Source of the DNA: Carcharhinus longimanus
Taxonomy: Eukaryota
Direction: 5' to 3'
Assembly: GCA_030264375.1 (NCBI GenBank)
Contig: JASCQW010000190.1
Coordinates: forward strand, 22,143,512 to 22,206,551
Length of the DNA stretch: 63,040 bases
Of the stretch, positions 26,670 through 39,119 are shown in pieces (within the stretch, counting starts at the first letter, position 1; the number at the start of each line of letters is the position of its first letter). A program made the translations under genes and the position numbers. Below the pieces are notes generated by a model that was not told the DNA's origin, searched no databases, and worked only from the letters and a program-made list of their open reading frames with translations.

Positions 26670-27405
26670 AACAATGCAGACACTTGAAAAGTTCAAAATT
26701 GTTGAAGCAGAGATATTGAATAGGCTGTCTGTACTTAAAGTTAATAAGAAACCAGGACCAGATGAAGATACATCCAAGGACACTGAGGGAAGCAAAGTGG
26801 AAATTGCAGAGGCACTGGCCATAACTTTTCAGTCTTCTTTAGATTCAGCAGTGACCCTAAAAGACTGAAGAACTGCAAAACTTACACCCTTGTTCAAAAA
26901 ATGTGTAATGATAAGCTCAGCAACTACATGCCAGCCAGTTTCAGTTCGGTGTTAGGGAAACTTCTAGGATCAATACTTCAGTGTAAAATTAATAGTCACA
27001 TGGACAAATGCAAGTTAATTGAGGAAAGCCAGTATGGATTTCTGAAAGGAAAATCATGTTTAACTTTTTGAGGAGGTATCAGAAAGGATTGATGATAGCA
27101 ATGCTATTGATGTAGTGTACATGAATTTCCAAAAGGCTCTTGATACAATACTGCATAACAGACTTCTAAGCAAAGTTACAGCTCATTGAATAAAAAAGAC
27201 AGCAGCAACATGGATACAAAATTGCTGAGTGACAAGAAACAGAGAGTAGTGGTTAATGGATGTTTTTCAGGCTGAAGGAAGGTTTGTACTGGAGATCCCC
27301 AAGGGTCAGTGTTAGGATCATTGCTTTTTCTGATATACATTAATGATCTAGTCCTTAATAGAAAGGGCACAATTTCAAAATTTGCAGATGGTACAAAAAA
27401 TGAAA
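26670..27405 (+). mobile_element. Decayed CR1 LINE RT fragment
   Basis: KKPGPD, EIAEALAITFQSSLDS, GFLKGKSCL, PQGSVLG.LLFLIYINDL, ISKFADGTK motifs with stops and frameshifts. Confidence 0.88.
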
Positions 27406-29762
27406 GCAGCCAGAAAGGTCAATCTTTTTTAAAGTGACTAATACAGTTTTAGCAATGAACTAATTGCAAACTTCAGCATGCACACAATAGCAAATTAGTA
27501 GTGATGAACTGACATTCTGATTCCATTTTGGCAGTACAATTTATTTTCTCATCAATTTCATTCGCATGTTTCTTCTCTTAGAATTATCTACTCCTTGCTG
27601 GGGTATAGTTCCTTAAATATCGTTGGCCATTATTCAGAAAAACTGATAAGTTAGTCAGCCACCAAGAAAGACATCCTTCTACCTGATACTGCAGGCACTG
27701 CCAACAAAGGCCATAGAATAGCAATCAAGGTGGAAATCCTCATCAATTCCTTTTTAAACCCAGGTTTCTGAAGCCGATTATGACTATACTATTTGATACC
27801 AGACTATCATCCAAACTGAGACAATGTGCAAAAGGCCACCGTTGCACAGACTACGAGGCATTGCAAGTGAACTGGGACTATTTCCCTTATAATTATGACT
27901 GACTATTGTGGAGAAGCTCCAATCTTTAAACATAGGTGGCATGGCTAAAAATGACAAATCAACAAGGTGGGCTTGTGGATGCAAAATTGCATATCACCAT
28001 GGTATGGTTAAATGCACTGAAGCCCTAATCCATCACATTTGAGCTCTCCATTTTTAGGCGAGAAGCTAATTAACCCACAATGATTTTTAAATGTTGGGGA
28101 GAAAAAGTGCTTTTGAAGACAGATAAAGTTCTTTCATCCACGTTATGGTTAAATAGGTCGCATCAGGTAAGACAGAAATGAATTAAATTTTCAATAATTC
28201 TAATGCTTTGAGATTTCAATCTGAGGGAACTTTCATCAGAAGTAAGTCAAATTTAGAAACCATGTAAGGTAATAACTACACTTCAAAACTAGTTCATGCC
28301 TACGAAGCACTTTGGGACACTCTGTCCTCTTTCAGGGTCTGAGTTAGCTAATACATATGTTAAAAATATTTCTGCCCTTGATTTTTTATATATCTATACA
28401 TAACATTTGCAGTTTTCCTCTATAATCAGAAAAGACTGTTGTATCAGATCTGCATTGCAATAGGCTCTTTGTAGCAGTGACGCAAGGTACAGATATACAG
28501 TCACCAACTAAATTATCCATTTCACGTGCGGGTCACACTATGTTTTGTTTAGTGCAAATAATTAGTAGGTGTGACAAGGGAGATTAAGTACATGCATTAT
28601 GGTCTTCAGCTGTTATGACATAAACAGTGGAACAAGACTGTGAACCAGGTTAACAGTAAAAATGCAAGAACTACTAAGTGAATGCATTTTTCATTTCTTA
28701 GTAAGGAGACATGAGTTAATTTCATAACTATTATTTATAGCTGCAAGGATGTTTGTTAAAAATGTGTCCAATCCCTTTCATAAGTAAATGTTCTCTGTTA
28801 AGAGATTTAAAAGTTTAGCTATGAAACCCGGAACTTCATTTTATTGCACTTTACTTAATGGTACATAGCTGTTTCTTATGAGAATCTATGTGAACATCAC
28901 TGGGTCAGCAATGGTTTCAATCAAGCCAGTTTCCTTGCATTTTCAAAAAAGGTTTAGGATCAGAAATTGAGTGGTTTTTTTGAAGATCTGTTACCGTTTT
29001 GTTCATTAGTCTCCCTGAGTGCACGCACTTCCTGTGGCTGTCAGGGAAGGGACACGTAACCTGTTTCTCAGCAACCTTTAGTGCTGCTTGTAGCGATGTA
29101 CCAGGAGGTGCTCAGGATCAGCCTGGTGAAGACTACCCAATTGATTTTCCCTTGGAATGTACCAGAAATTACTGGGTCTCATCATAACAGAAACCCTATA
29201 TAATACTGGTTATAGCTATAGAATCAGTAAAGCAAAAGAATAGTTATGAATATGAACTGAAGAAAGTTAGAATCAAAATGCATTCATAGGTCTACGCTAA
29301 TGCAATGACCTTCTATAATTTGCTCCCATGTCAAACTGTGAAATCAAGTATGCCAAAGGGAGATCTGAGGAAATTTGAAATGTCGCACTTTCCCACAAAA
29401 GGGAGGAAAATTAAAAGCTGAACAAAGTGAAGAAAGGAAGACAAAATAAATTCAAAGTACTAATTAATTATGCCAGAAATTACATGGCAAAAATAATTGT
29501 TCTAAATGTGACTGATCAAACGACTTATGTGCTGTTTGTGTATCTACACATATATGTACAGTAAGTTAATATACTGAAAACCTGAATGAACAGTACCAGT
29601 TTCATATATATTTTAATCAGGGAACGCCAGGTACATGAGAATGTTGCAAAAAGTAGAACCCTTAAAAATTAGTTACCATTTAATCAGTTTTCTCCAAAAA
29701 CAAAGGGCAGCCCAATTATTAACAATGTTTATTTCAATATTTTAACAGGTTAGCTGCTCTCA

Positions 29763-29870
<108 letters not shown>

Positions 29871-32567
29871 TCATCAACCTGACAATGCAAACATTACAAA
29901 TGCCAATTTTTAATTCTGTGCTGTCTTATTAACTGCCAATTATGTTATTAGACAAGCTGATATATTTTATGAACAATTCAGAATGGTTTAGGAATATTGT
30001 GGGCCAACAAAGTCAGATCAAGTGGCAAGTGAAAGGACATCTTCTATCAGTTCTGTGAATGGAAAGTTAAGCAGCAGCGACAAGACAGCTGCATACTATA
30101 GGGCTATTAGAGTTATGAAATAAGGTCCCAGTACAGGCAGACAGTCAAAGCTGTCCATTACTCCAAAAGTTTCAGTGTCACAGTTGGCTTGCAAGTTTGT
30201 ATGTCCCATGTCGGAGAAATAAAAAGCGTCTGTCTGCATCGTGCTGTGAAAAGTGAACCTCTTGCCAGCTGTGTCACTGAACACCACAAGTGTTTAAAGT
30301 CAGTGAGGTTTACAGCTTAACTATTTGTGACTCCACTTTTAAAATCCTCACCCTCTGGAGGATAGGTACAAGTGAAAAGGTTTGAAAGAAGAAAAGTACA
30401 GGGCAAAATTGAACCTTTATAAAAATTCTCAAAAGTGCACTAGTTCTGCTGTTATAGATTATTTTCAGCTGACTGTTACCATTTTTTTGGTCTCATGTAC
30501 CTTTCTGATGATCCACCAGTTTCCTTTAAATAAATTTTAATTAAATAAAAGTAGTCTTCATTCTGAGGAAACAAGTATTTTACCAGTTAAAAGCCAGATC
30601 TCTCTTTTTGAGAAATATATGAAAATATCACGAAAAGTTCAACAACACTGCCTACCAACCCCAACAACAACTGAATTATTGTGTTACTGCTACTACATTG
30701 AAGAGAACTACTTCTTACCACCCACTTTGCGGTCTGCCAGCCTCACAGAACATGTACACGATTTAGTATAGAGAAAAACAACAGACCTAAATTAATAAAT
30801 AGTCCAGCCCATTCACTAATAAAAAGCTGTCATCCATTTTAATATCCTATGATTCCATGTTGACCCTCATGCTTCTAGTTAAAGCAAATCAACTCCAGAT
30901 GTAAATCAGAAGAACTACTGAATCTCTTTCAATTGACAAATGTTCATGAACTACCATGATTACAAAGAAAGTGGCTATAATAATTCACTTTTTCAAAAAG
31001 AAAATTAAGCACAAGGACTTGTGTAAGAAGCTAGAAATTAGGAAATTCTGTGAAATTATTTGGGCTTGGTTATGGCAAATGACTTAACTTTCAGCAGAAC
31101 TGCTGGGTGCATGGGAGCTAAGGAGTTCCATAGATTATGGAAGAACTGAAGAAAGAATATGACAGATATATGCCAGCTATTCTATTTAACTCTTGCCTCC
31201 TATGCCAACTCACAAAGTAGCACTGTTACTTCCTAAGACCATTCCTCTATTCCCTTTTCCCCTACACAAAAGTCACTGCTTTAGATCCAAATTAAGGTTA
31301 GGTAATTAACTTGCTTTGCAAACAAAGCAAAACATGTTGATCCATTATCAATAAGGGATTATTTATGGTTTATATGCCATTTGGAATGTTTTCCGTGTCT
31401 CTTGTATTCTTTCATCTTGCAAAAGATAGCATTGTTTAAGCCAAAAGTAGAAAGAAAATTATACTAAGGTGCCTAATGAGGTAGGAGGACCAAGCACACC
31501 CATTCTGCAGGGAATTTAAAACGCAGGGAGATTTTTTTAAAAAAGGAGAGGCATCACGAAATTGATATTCCCAGAACATAAACTTCAGGAACACCTTAAG
31601 TGATTCATCACTTCACTATATCACAATGATAATCAGTTGCCACACACCAAGATCACAATCTCATTTGCATTGTTAGCGAGTTTGAGAAGTTCCCAAGTTA
31701 ATTCCATATATTCCCCATGGGCTGAGAATATCAGAGTGACCACTATCCTCAAACTGTGGAAACCAGCAGAAACTTTCATGAGCCAAGACTGCAAACTTTA
31801 AAAAATACAAGTGGGCACTAAACGTTTCTGATCTTTTCAGTGCCATTACTCTTTAGCAACAACAACAACTAACGACACATAGGATCAGTAAGCACAACTG
31901 ATATTCAATATCATACAACACAGCACAATGCTGATAGGCAATAAAACAGTTTACACTATAACTTTTCTTTGGAAAATTGTAGCATTATGGTGTCAATATA
32001 TCAGTACCAATATATTTCAACAAATGCTGAGGCCACAAGGGTGCATGTTCATTGTCAATATTTCTGTCTGCTCCTTAATGGTACACCAGTGTAGCTATGC
32101 CAATGATAAAAGGTTACATTTTAGGATTTTTCTTGCAGAACTACAATTTAATATTCTTTTGAATTGAATTTAATGTGCCAAGATTAATATGACAAAAAGA
32201 ATACCATCTCAAAGTCGAATAACAAATAAAATGTTGGAGTGAAAAGCAAAGTATCACTCCGAGTAGTAAGTTTCACTAAATAGCTCATGACTATGAACCA
32301 CATGGCTTGCTTACGACTACTGAGTTTCTAAAATTGTAAAAAGACGGAGGTTGTATTTTTTAAAGAGAAATCAAGTATCTTGTAACAGAACAGAAAACTA
32401 CTTTCACTGAAATTCAAATCATTTAAGTGACTTTTAAACAATACAAAATTATTTTTACTTACAATTATATGGCAAAAGTGGCAAAGACAGCAACAAAATG
32501 CTTCAATTTAACACAAAATAGAATTGAAAAAACTCAGCTCAATTAAACATTAATCACAACTACTTAC

Positions 32568-32622
32568 CCCAACCAGCAAGCAAAGGACCGAGTGCATCGT
32601 TGTCAGTAGAGATCCCAGATGA
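32568..32622 (-). CDS. WWP2: WWP2 exon, linker and start of WW3 (55 nt; about exon 11)
   Basis: TTTTCTGTTATAG|TCA..., SSGISTDNDALGPLLAGW + G|GTAAG; phases 0/1 match neighbours. Confidence 0.93.
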
Positions 32623-33120
32623 CTATAACAGAAAAGATAGAAATCCAGCATATTGTTACTCGATAGAATGATTACGGTATTAAGATTGCGTTATCACATC
32701 ATACTGTAATTTTTTTGTAGGTCTCCCAACTGGTCTCTTCCTTTTTAATCAATTCTTGAAATTTAGTAGCTGCAGAAATCTTCATCTTTCAAATGTATGC
32801 AATGAAAGCTGAGGTTTTCTAAAGCAATTACACCTCTACATACACATTATAAGAAGCTCTTGCAAGACAGTTTAAAACTTCTTCATAGATCAATTGTAAA
32901 ACACTAACTGTCTCAATGCTTTGACTGATACTGTTGACTCAGTCAGTTGAAATTGCACAGTGCTGCTGTGAGTCTCTCTCTCTCTCCAAGATCTACACAC
33001 AGAAATCACAGGCTGTACTAATGAAATCATTACTGCATGATGTGTACGCCCAAGCTTGCTGCCTGCAGTGTGTGTTCAACCTTTCTCAATGTGCTGTTAA
33101 TGTAACAGTACTCTGCTATG

Positions 33121-33230
33121 TAAATTATAACTGAGGGGACATTCATGTTCTTTCCAGACAGACGCCCTTCCCCAGTATGAATGTTTTATTCATGCTCACA
33201 AAAGCACCTTTATTCTGAATGTAAATGAAT
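33121..33230 (-). promoter_or_regulatory. Candidate internal (WWP2-C / pri-miR-140) promoter with paired SoxE-type sites
   Basis: Perfect inverted ATGAAT-N5-ATTCAT (33177-33193), second imperfect pair ACAAAAG-cac-CTTTATT (33198-33214), minus-strand TATAAT-like box at about 33124-33129; non-repetitive DNA about 0.5 kb upstream of the 55-nt exon. Confidence 0.5.
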
Positions 33231-34489
33231 GGCAATGAGGCGGCTGCTCTGCCCCAACCAAGCTGTGCCGCTCAGAGTAAAGGAAACTGATCATGACTAA
33301 TGTTTTGGTATTTACATTACTAGCCCAGTGTTGTGCCAAAACTACTTGGCATATTGTCTGGGATGAGCCATTTTGCACTGCTTCTACAAATATCCTACAG
33401 CAAATTCATTGAAATTGTGATTACTTCTCAATTGCTCAACTTGATTCCAGTGTATTAGAGTTTCCATTAACATACCAGACCATGTACTTTATCACTGTCT
33501 TTACCTAATGGCCTAAATAAGTCAATGGCACTGGTTTTGTAACTCCACCATTTGAGTGCCTGCCTCTCATCCAAAGCTTCAATTTGGGACTTCAAGGGCA
33601 GCCTTGAGCATCACTCAAATTTGCCAATCTCAGTTGGGGGTGTTTGTTCAGCAACTACATTACAGAGGGAAAATAGGTCCAATCCATTTTTGTTCAACAG
33701 AATCAAATGGTCTTATAACTCAATCTCAGTAAATTTTCTGGTATGGGTGGGAATATAGCACAGATCCAATGGCCTTTGGTAAAGAAAGAGTACCCAACTC
33801 GGATACCAATATTGGGCAAGACTATGCCAGTATCAAGATTCTAAAATTCATCATATAAACATTGCTTCATTAAATTGAAAAAATAAATCCCCAGTACATT
33901 TTCTTTCTTTCAATTGCATCTCATATCTGGAATGCCAAGGAAATGTTCATGACTAGACAAGTCAGATTTTTTTTTTAAAAAGACTGATCTCTCCAGGATG
34001 AATTCTGCCAAATCAATTCCATCATTGAAAGGGTAAGTTGTAATATGAACCTTCAGTTTGTGCAGGTCGTCTATAAATTCATTTGTAGTTCATTAAATAC
34101 AAATCATGTAATTGTGTCATTTCAAATGAAAAACTAAAATTGGTTCGCGTTTCTCAATAAGATTTCTGAATGAATCACATTCTAAATATACTGCTCCCAT
34201 ACATCAAAGTACAGATGATATTAAGTACTGTTGAGAACCTCACTTATTGTATCACAGCATATGATTTAGAAAGATTATTCAGTTGATTTACTTCTCCAAA
34301 AAAAAAATGTATTTTGTTTCTCCTGGGAACATAATATTTTTTCTATATAAAGGTTGAGTAACCACATATTGTTTGTCACAAAAATTAAATACAACAAGAA
34401 AAATCTAGAGAATTAATACAAAGTGGCATGGTTTACCAGATTAAGAGTTTCTGGGGAAAAATCATCTGATGTTAAGCTGATTGCTATGA

Positions 34490-34700
34490 TCAGATTTGTG
34501 GGGCGAGTTGGGGGGCGGGGTGGAATCGATTGGGTCCCCTCTTCTCATTTGATCGCAACAGGATTTTTGAAAAGAGATAATTGCCAATTCAGTGAGAGGT
34601 TAACTGTTTATGCACTGTGATCACAAAAGAATCAGATAGGTTTTCTTGAGTTTTAACAAAGGAAAGAGAATAGCTTTTATTGGGCTTAACCCGGTCCAAG
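34490..34700. promoter_or_regulatory. GC-box/CCAAT-containing promoter- or enhancer-like element
   Basis: GGGGCGGGG at 34512-34520 next to ATTGG (34529-34533), further CCAAT/ATTGG near 34584 and 34679, several retained CpGs in a CpG-poor background. Confidence 0.3.
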
Positions 34701-35364
34701 TAAAATAATAATATATGCTCTGACTTTCACGTAGGCATACAATATACACTCAAGGCCNNNNNNNNNNGTGGAGATGAATAGAGTCAGTTGGAATTAAAGG
34801 GGTATACAGTTCGTGGAGGTTGGCTGGCTTCAGGCTGAATTCCACATCCCTGCTGGTTTCAATGATCTTGGTGCTTTCTGTGCTGATACAATTTAAAGAC
34901 GCAAACAGATGGTTGATCTGTTTTCTGCAGACACCAGTGCTGGGTTGTCTTCTTTCAAAAAGCAGTGTCTGCAACATTTGGATTTCAATTATTTACAATC
35001 AGCAGGCAGGGTTCAAAAAACATAAAAGTTGGTAGAGGGAGAGGGCGAGAAAGAGAGTCGAAAGTGATGGAGGAAGGAACCTACTTTTGTTCTTTCTGCA
35101 TCCTGGCTGATCCTCTTGTTCTGCAGAGAAAGTTGGTGCTTAAAACTCTCAAAAAGTTGGGCTGTCACATGACTACCTCCCTCCAGCTCCCAGAGGTCCA
35201 AATAAGGTCATAGCCAATGTATTCCAACTGCAGCTTGATAAGAGCATGTTGGGGATTCCCTCTCTCAGCTAGGGTTCCATTGTCCAAGTGGTTATGTTTA
35301 ATTATTTATCTTCACCCTACTGAGTACCCAGATGAGTGTCTGAACACAGTGCTAAAGGGATAAC

Positions 35365-36408
35365 GATGTGGAGATGCCGACGTTGGATTAGGGTAAACAC
35401 AGTAAGAAGTCTCACAACACCAGGTTATGGGACACAATGGACAGAGTATCCTTCGTCGTCCAGTACTTCCCCGGAGTGGAAAAGACACATCAGCTTTTCC
35501 AGAGCCTTCAACGTGTCATTGATGAAGATGAACATCTCGCCAAGGCCATCTCCACACCCCCACTCCTTGGCTTCAAACTGCACAACCTCAAACAGACCAC
35601 TGTCTGCAGCAAACTATCCAACCTTCAGGAGAACAGAGACCACAACACCAACAACCCTGCCACAGCAACCTCTGCAAGACATGCCGGATCAGCGACACGG
35701 ATGCCATCATCTCACGTGAGAACTCCATTCACCAGGTACACAGCACATACTCTTGCAACTTGGCCAATGTTGTCTACCTGATATGCTGCAGAAAAGAATG
35801 TCCCGAGGCACGGTACATTGGAGAGACCATGCAGTCGCTACGACAAAGGATGAACAAACACCAGTCAACAATCACCAGGCAAGACTGTTCTCTTCCTGCT
35901 GGGGAACACTTCAGTGGTCACGGTCATTCGGCCTCTGATCTTCAGGTAAGCGTTCTCCAAGGCGGCCTTCACGACACACAACAGCACAGAGTCACTGAGC
36001 AGAGACTGATAGCCAAGTTCTGCACACGAGGACGGCCTCAACCGGGATCTTGGGTTCATGTCACACTTGGAATCAAGTAGATAGGGTTGTTAGGAAGGCA
36101 TACGGTGTCTTGGNNNNNNNNNNNNNNNNNNNNNNNNNNNNNNNNNNNNNNNNNNNNNNNNNNNNNNNNNNNNNNNNNNNNNNNNNNNNNNNNNNNNNNN
36201 NNNNNNNNNNNNNACTCACATTATCGGTACTTTTTCGACGTGATTACCAATAAAGGCTGGCATTCCAATCATTATTTTGTAAATTGAGTTTATGTCTTTA
36301 TATGCCCTGTTTGTGAATAGGACTCCCACTCACCTGAGGAAGGGGCAGCGCTCCAAAAGCTAGTGGCTTTTGCTACCAAATAAACATGTTGGATTTTAAC
36401 CTGGTGTT
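35365..36408 (+). mobile_element. 5'-truncated Penelope-like retroelement (GIY-YIG endonuclease + 3' pseudo-LTR, inverted 5' terminus), with a CR1 fragment and gap nested at about 36070-36213
   Basis: ORF 35760..36080 NVVYLICC..YIGET..LRQRMNKH..EHF..EQRLI is a GIY-YIG domain; ORF 35437 DRVSFVVQYFPG is RT-EN linker-like; 35365-35427 is the inverted counterpart of the 3' end. Confidence 0.88.
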
Positions 36409-36699
36409 CTTCCTAACGGGATAAGTCAGTGTCCTAAGAGGGCTTTTGTGACACATCTCAGTGGCGTCGTAAGTGATGCAAATTATGGAACTATCTTTGG
36501 GTGCGAGCACAAGTGACTGAAATGTGGCTTTCGTTTCATTTAAAAAAATAATTCGATGAGGTGTTTCCAGCTGGGAGATTGAAAAAAAATTATTTTTGGC
36601 AGAAAGCATGTTTTTATGACATGATGTGGAAAGAAGAGTGCTAATTTCAACTCTCCTTTTCTCAAGGAGATCAGAACAAGCAGGCATTTTGAAAAGCCA

Positions 36700-37262
36700 T
36701 GGGTGAAATTCACCCAAAAAAATCCTAAGTGCCAAATTCGCGTAAAAACTGATTTTCAAAATGAATCGCCCACACTCTGATGCATGGAGAACCCTAGTGT
36801 GAATCTTGTTTTAAAAAATAAGGGGTGGGGCCTACTCTTGCTAGAGTGGCCAGCAGCATAGTGCTGAGCGGGCCACTGCACATGCTCCGATCTGTCACTG
36901 CGGAGATTGACATATGTGCAGTAGCCCTGCACTGCCAATCTTCCAATCACTGGCCAGCTTGATCACTCCGACCTCACACCCCCGACAGTCCTGATTTTCC
37001 TGACCTTGCCCCCACCACCCCCCAACCCCTGGCAGGCAGCTGGCAATGCCCCCCCTTTACACCCAACCTCCTTGGGGGGCCTCCATGGTCCACCTTCACT
37101 CCAGAGTGTTAGGCCGTCAGATCCCCGTTAGTGGCTAGTGGGACCTACTGTAAACCCTGCTGGAGTGAAACATTGCTGTTTGGGGGCAGGGGCGGTGGCG
37201 GGGGGGGGGGGGGGCCGCATGAGGCTAACAGGCCTGGCTCCATCAGACCCAGGCCTTCTAAT
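36700..37262. mobile_element. GC-rich non-autonomous DNA-transposon/MITE-like repeat (runs into gap)
   Basis: Abrupt GC-rich C/G-tract sequence, similar in style to 22320-22760 and 54940-55550; no coding potential. Confidence 0.4.
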
Positions 37263-37734
37263 NNNNNNNNNNNNNNNNNNNNNNNNNNNNNNNNNNNNNN
37301 NNNNNNNNNNNNNNNNNNNNNNNNNNNNNNNNNNNNNNNNNNNNNNNNNNNNNNNNNNNNNNNNNNNNNNNNNNNNNNNNNNNNNNNNNNNNNNNNNNNN
37401 NNNNNNNNNNNNNNNNNNNNNNNNNNNNNNNNNNNNNNNNNNNNNNNNNNNNNNNNAATTTTAACTTCAGTTTTTTGAGTCAGAAATGGTGTTTCTCCGT
37501 TGACAGTCAGGATCTTCATAAGTAAATTTAAATCAATTATGCACTCAGGACCCAGTTACAATTTTAACTCAAAATGACTGAAGTTCTGGGCAGCCTCTGA
37601 CCTACCAGTGAACCATGGTGGGACAAACCTGTCAGGTCCACGAAAGCTATACTTAAAGAAACAGTGAGCTGCAGCTCATGAGACAGAAGGATATATTGTT
37701 TGTTTTCTCCTCTGTTCAAGGGATATGAACATCA

Positions 37735-38420
37735 TTGGCAAGCCAGAATTTGTTGCCCATCCTTAACTGTCCTCAAGAAGATGATGGTAACTATCTTTTT
37801 GAACTCCCATGGTGCTGTTAGGAAAGAACTTCTAAGATTTTGACTCAGCGACAGTGCAGGAATAACATCCAAATCAGGAGCAAATATGATTTGGTGGGGA
37901 ACTGGCAGCTAATGGTGTTCCCATGTGTCTGCTGCCCTCGTCTTTGTGTCATCGAGATTGAGGGTTTGGAAGGCACTGTCCAAGGAGCATTGTAGAGTTG
38001 TTGCAATGCATCTTGTCAGTGGTACACACTGCTGTGCAGGTGGTGGAAAAATGAATGTTAAAGTTAGTGGATGGGGTGCTGATCAAGTGGGTTGCTTTTT
38101 GCTGAATGGTATTGAGCTTTGAGTATTCTTGAAACTGCACTCATCCAGGCAAGTGGAAAATATTCCATCACACTTCTGATTTGTGCCTTGCAGGTAGTAT
38201 ACTGGCTTTGGAGAGTCAAGAGATGAGGTATTTGCCATAGAATTTGCAGCCTCCTATCTGGCTGATAGACACGGTATTTAAATGATTGGTCTGGTTGAGT
38301 TTCTGGTCAATGGTGACTCCCAGGATTTTGAGTTGGGGAGGGGGGGGGTCCAGCGATATCATTGAATAGCAAGGGAAGATGGTTAGACTTTTGTTGGAGA
38401 TGGCCATTACCTATGGCATT
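37735..38420 (-). mobile_element. CR1/L2-group LINE 3' fragment
   Basis: LKILGVTIDQKLN.T.HLNTV (ORF 38216..38407) and KLNTIQQKATHLI (ORF 37949..38140) RT C-terminal remnants. Confidence 0.7.
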
Positions 38421-38797
38421 TGTCTGGTTTTCCAAGAGAGTTTCCAAGTTTCAAATTGCATCTTTCCCACTTATTCTGCATCATCATCCTTTTGATGGGA
38501 TTATTATTCTTAGAATTATATGCATGAAAGAATTAGAACCAGAGATACAACAGAAGCATCAGCAAGACACCTTATGACAGCCAGTCTGACGTACCACATC
38601 TGGGAAACCAAACCAATCACATAGGGCATCCAGGTCAAGAGTCACTTTCTTGAATCTAACATAATAGTGTAGTAAGCGGGCTATGTTATCCAGTCAGATC
38701 ATCAGAGACCACTGCAGCCTCCTGCAACATGATCAACTGCCTGCTGAGTATAGAGTTAAGCTTTGCCAGTGGCTCTCAAATTCACCGCACAACTTGC

Positions 38798-39119
38798 GTG
38801 GTTAGCACTGCTGCTTCACAGCTCCAGGGACCTGGGTTCGATTCCCGGCTTGGGTCACTGTCTGTGTGGAGTTTGCACATTCTCCTCGTGTCTGCATGGG
38901 TTTCCTTCGGGTGCTCCGGCTTCCTCCCACAGTCCAAAGATGTGCGGGTTAGGTTGATTGGCCATGCTAAAAATTGTCCCTTAGAGTTGTGAGATGCGTA
39001 GGTTAGAGGGATTAGCAGGTAAATACGTAGGGATATGGGGGTAGGGCCTGGGTGGGTTTATGGTCAGTGCAGACTCAAGGGGCCGAATGGCCTCTCTCTA
39101 CACTGTAAGATTTCTATGA
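38798..39119 (+). mobile_element. HE1-like SINE (young)
   Basis: GTGGTTAGCACTGCTGCTTCACAGCTCCAGGGACCTGGGTTCGATTCCCGGC head with CpGs retained. Confidence 0.88.

Noticed and set aside
37181-37214. G-tract as a functional G-quadruplex
   Set aside because: Lies within a repeat next to a gap, where homopolymer length is unreliable
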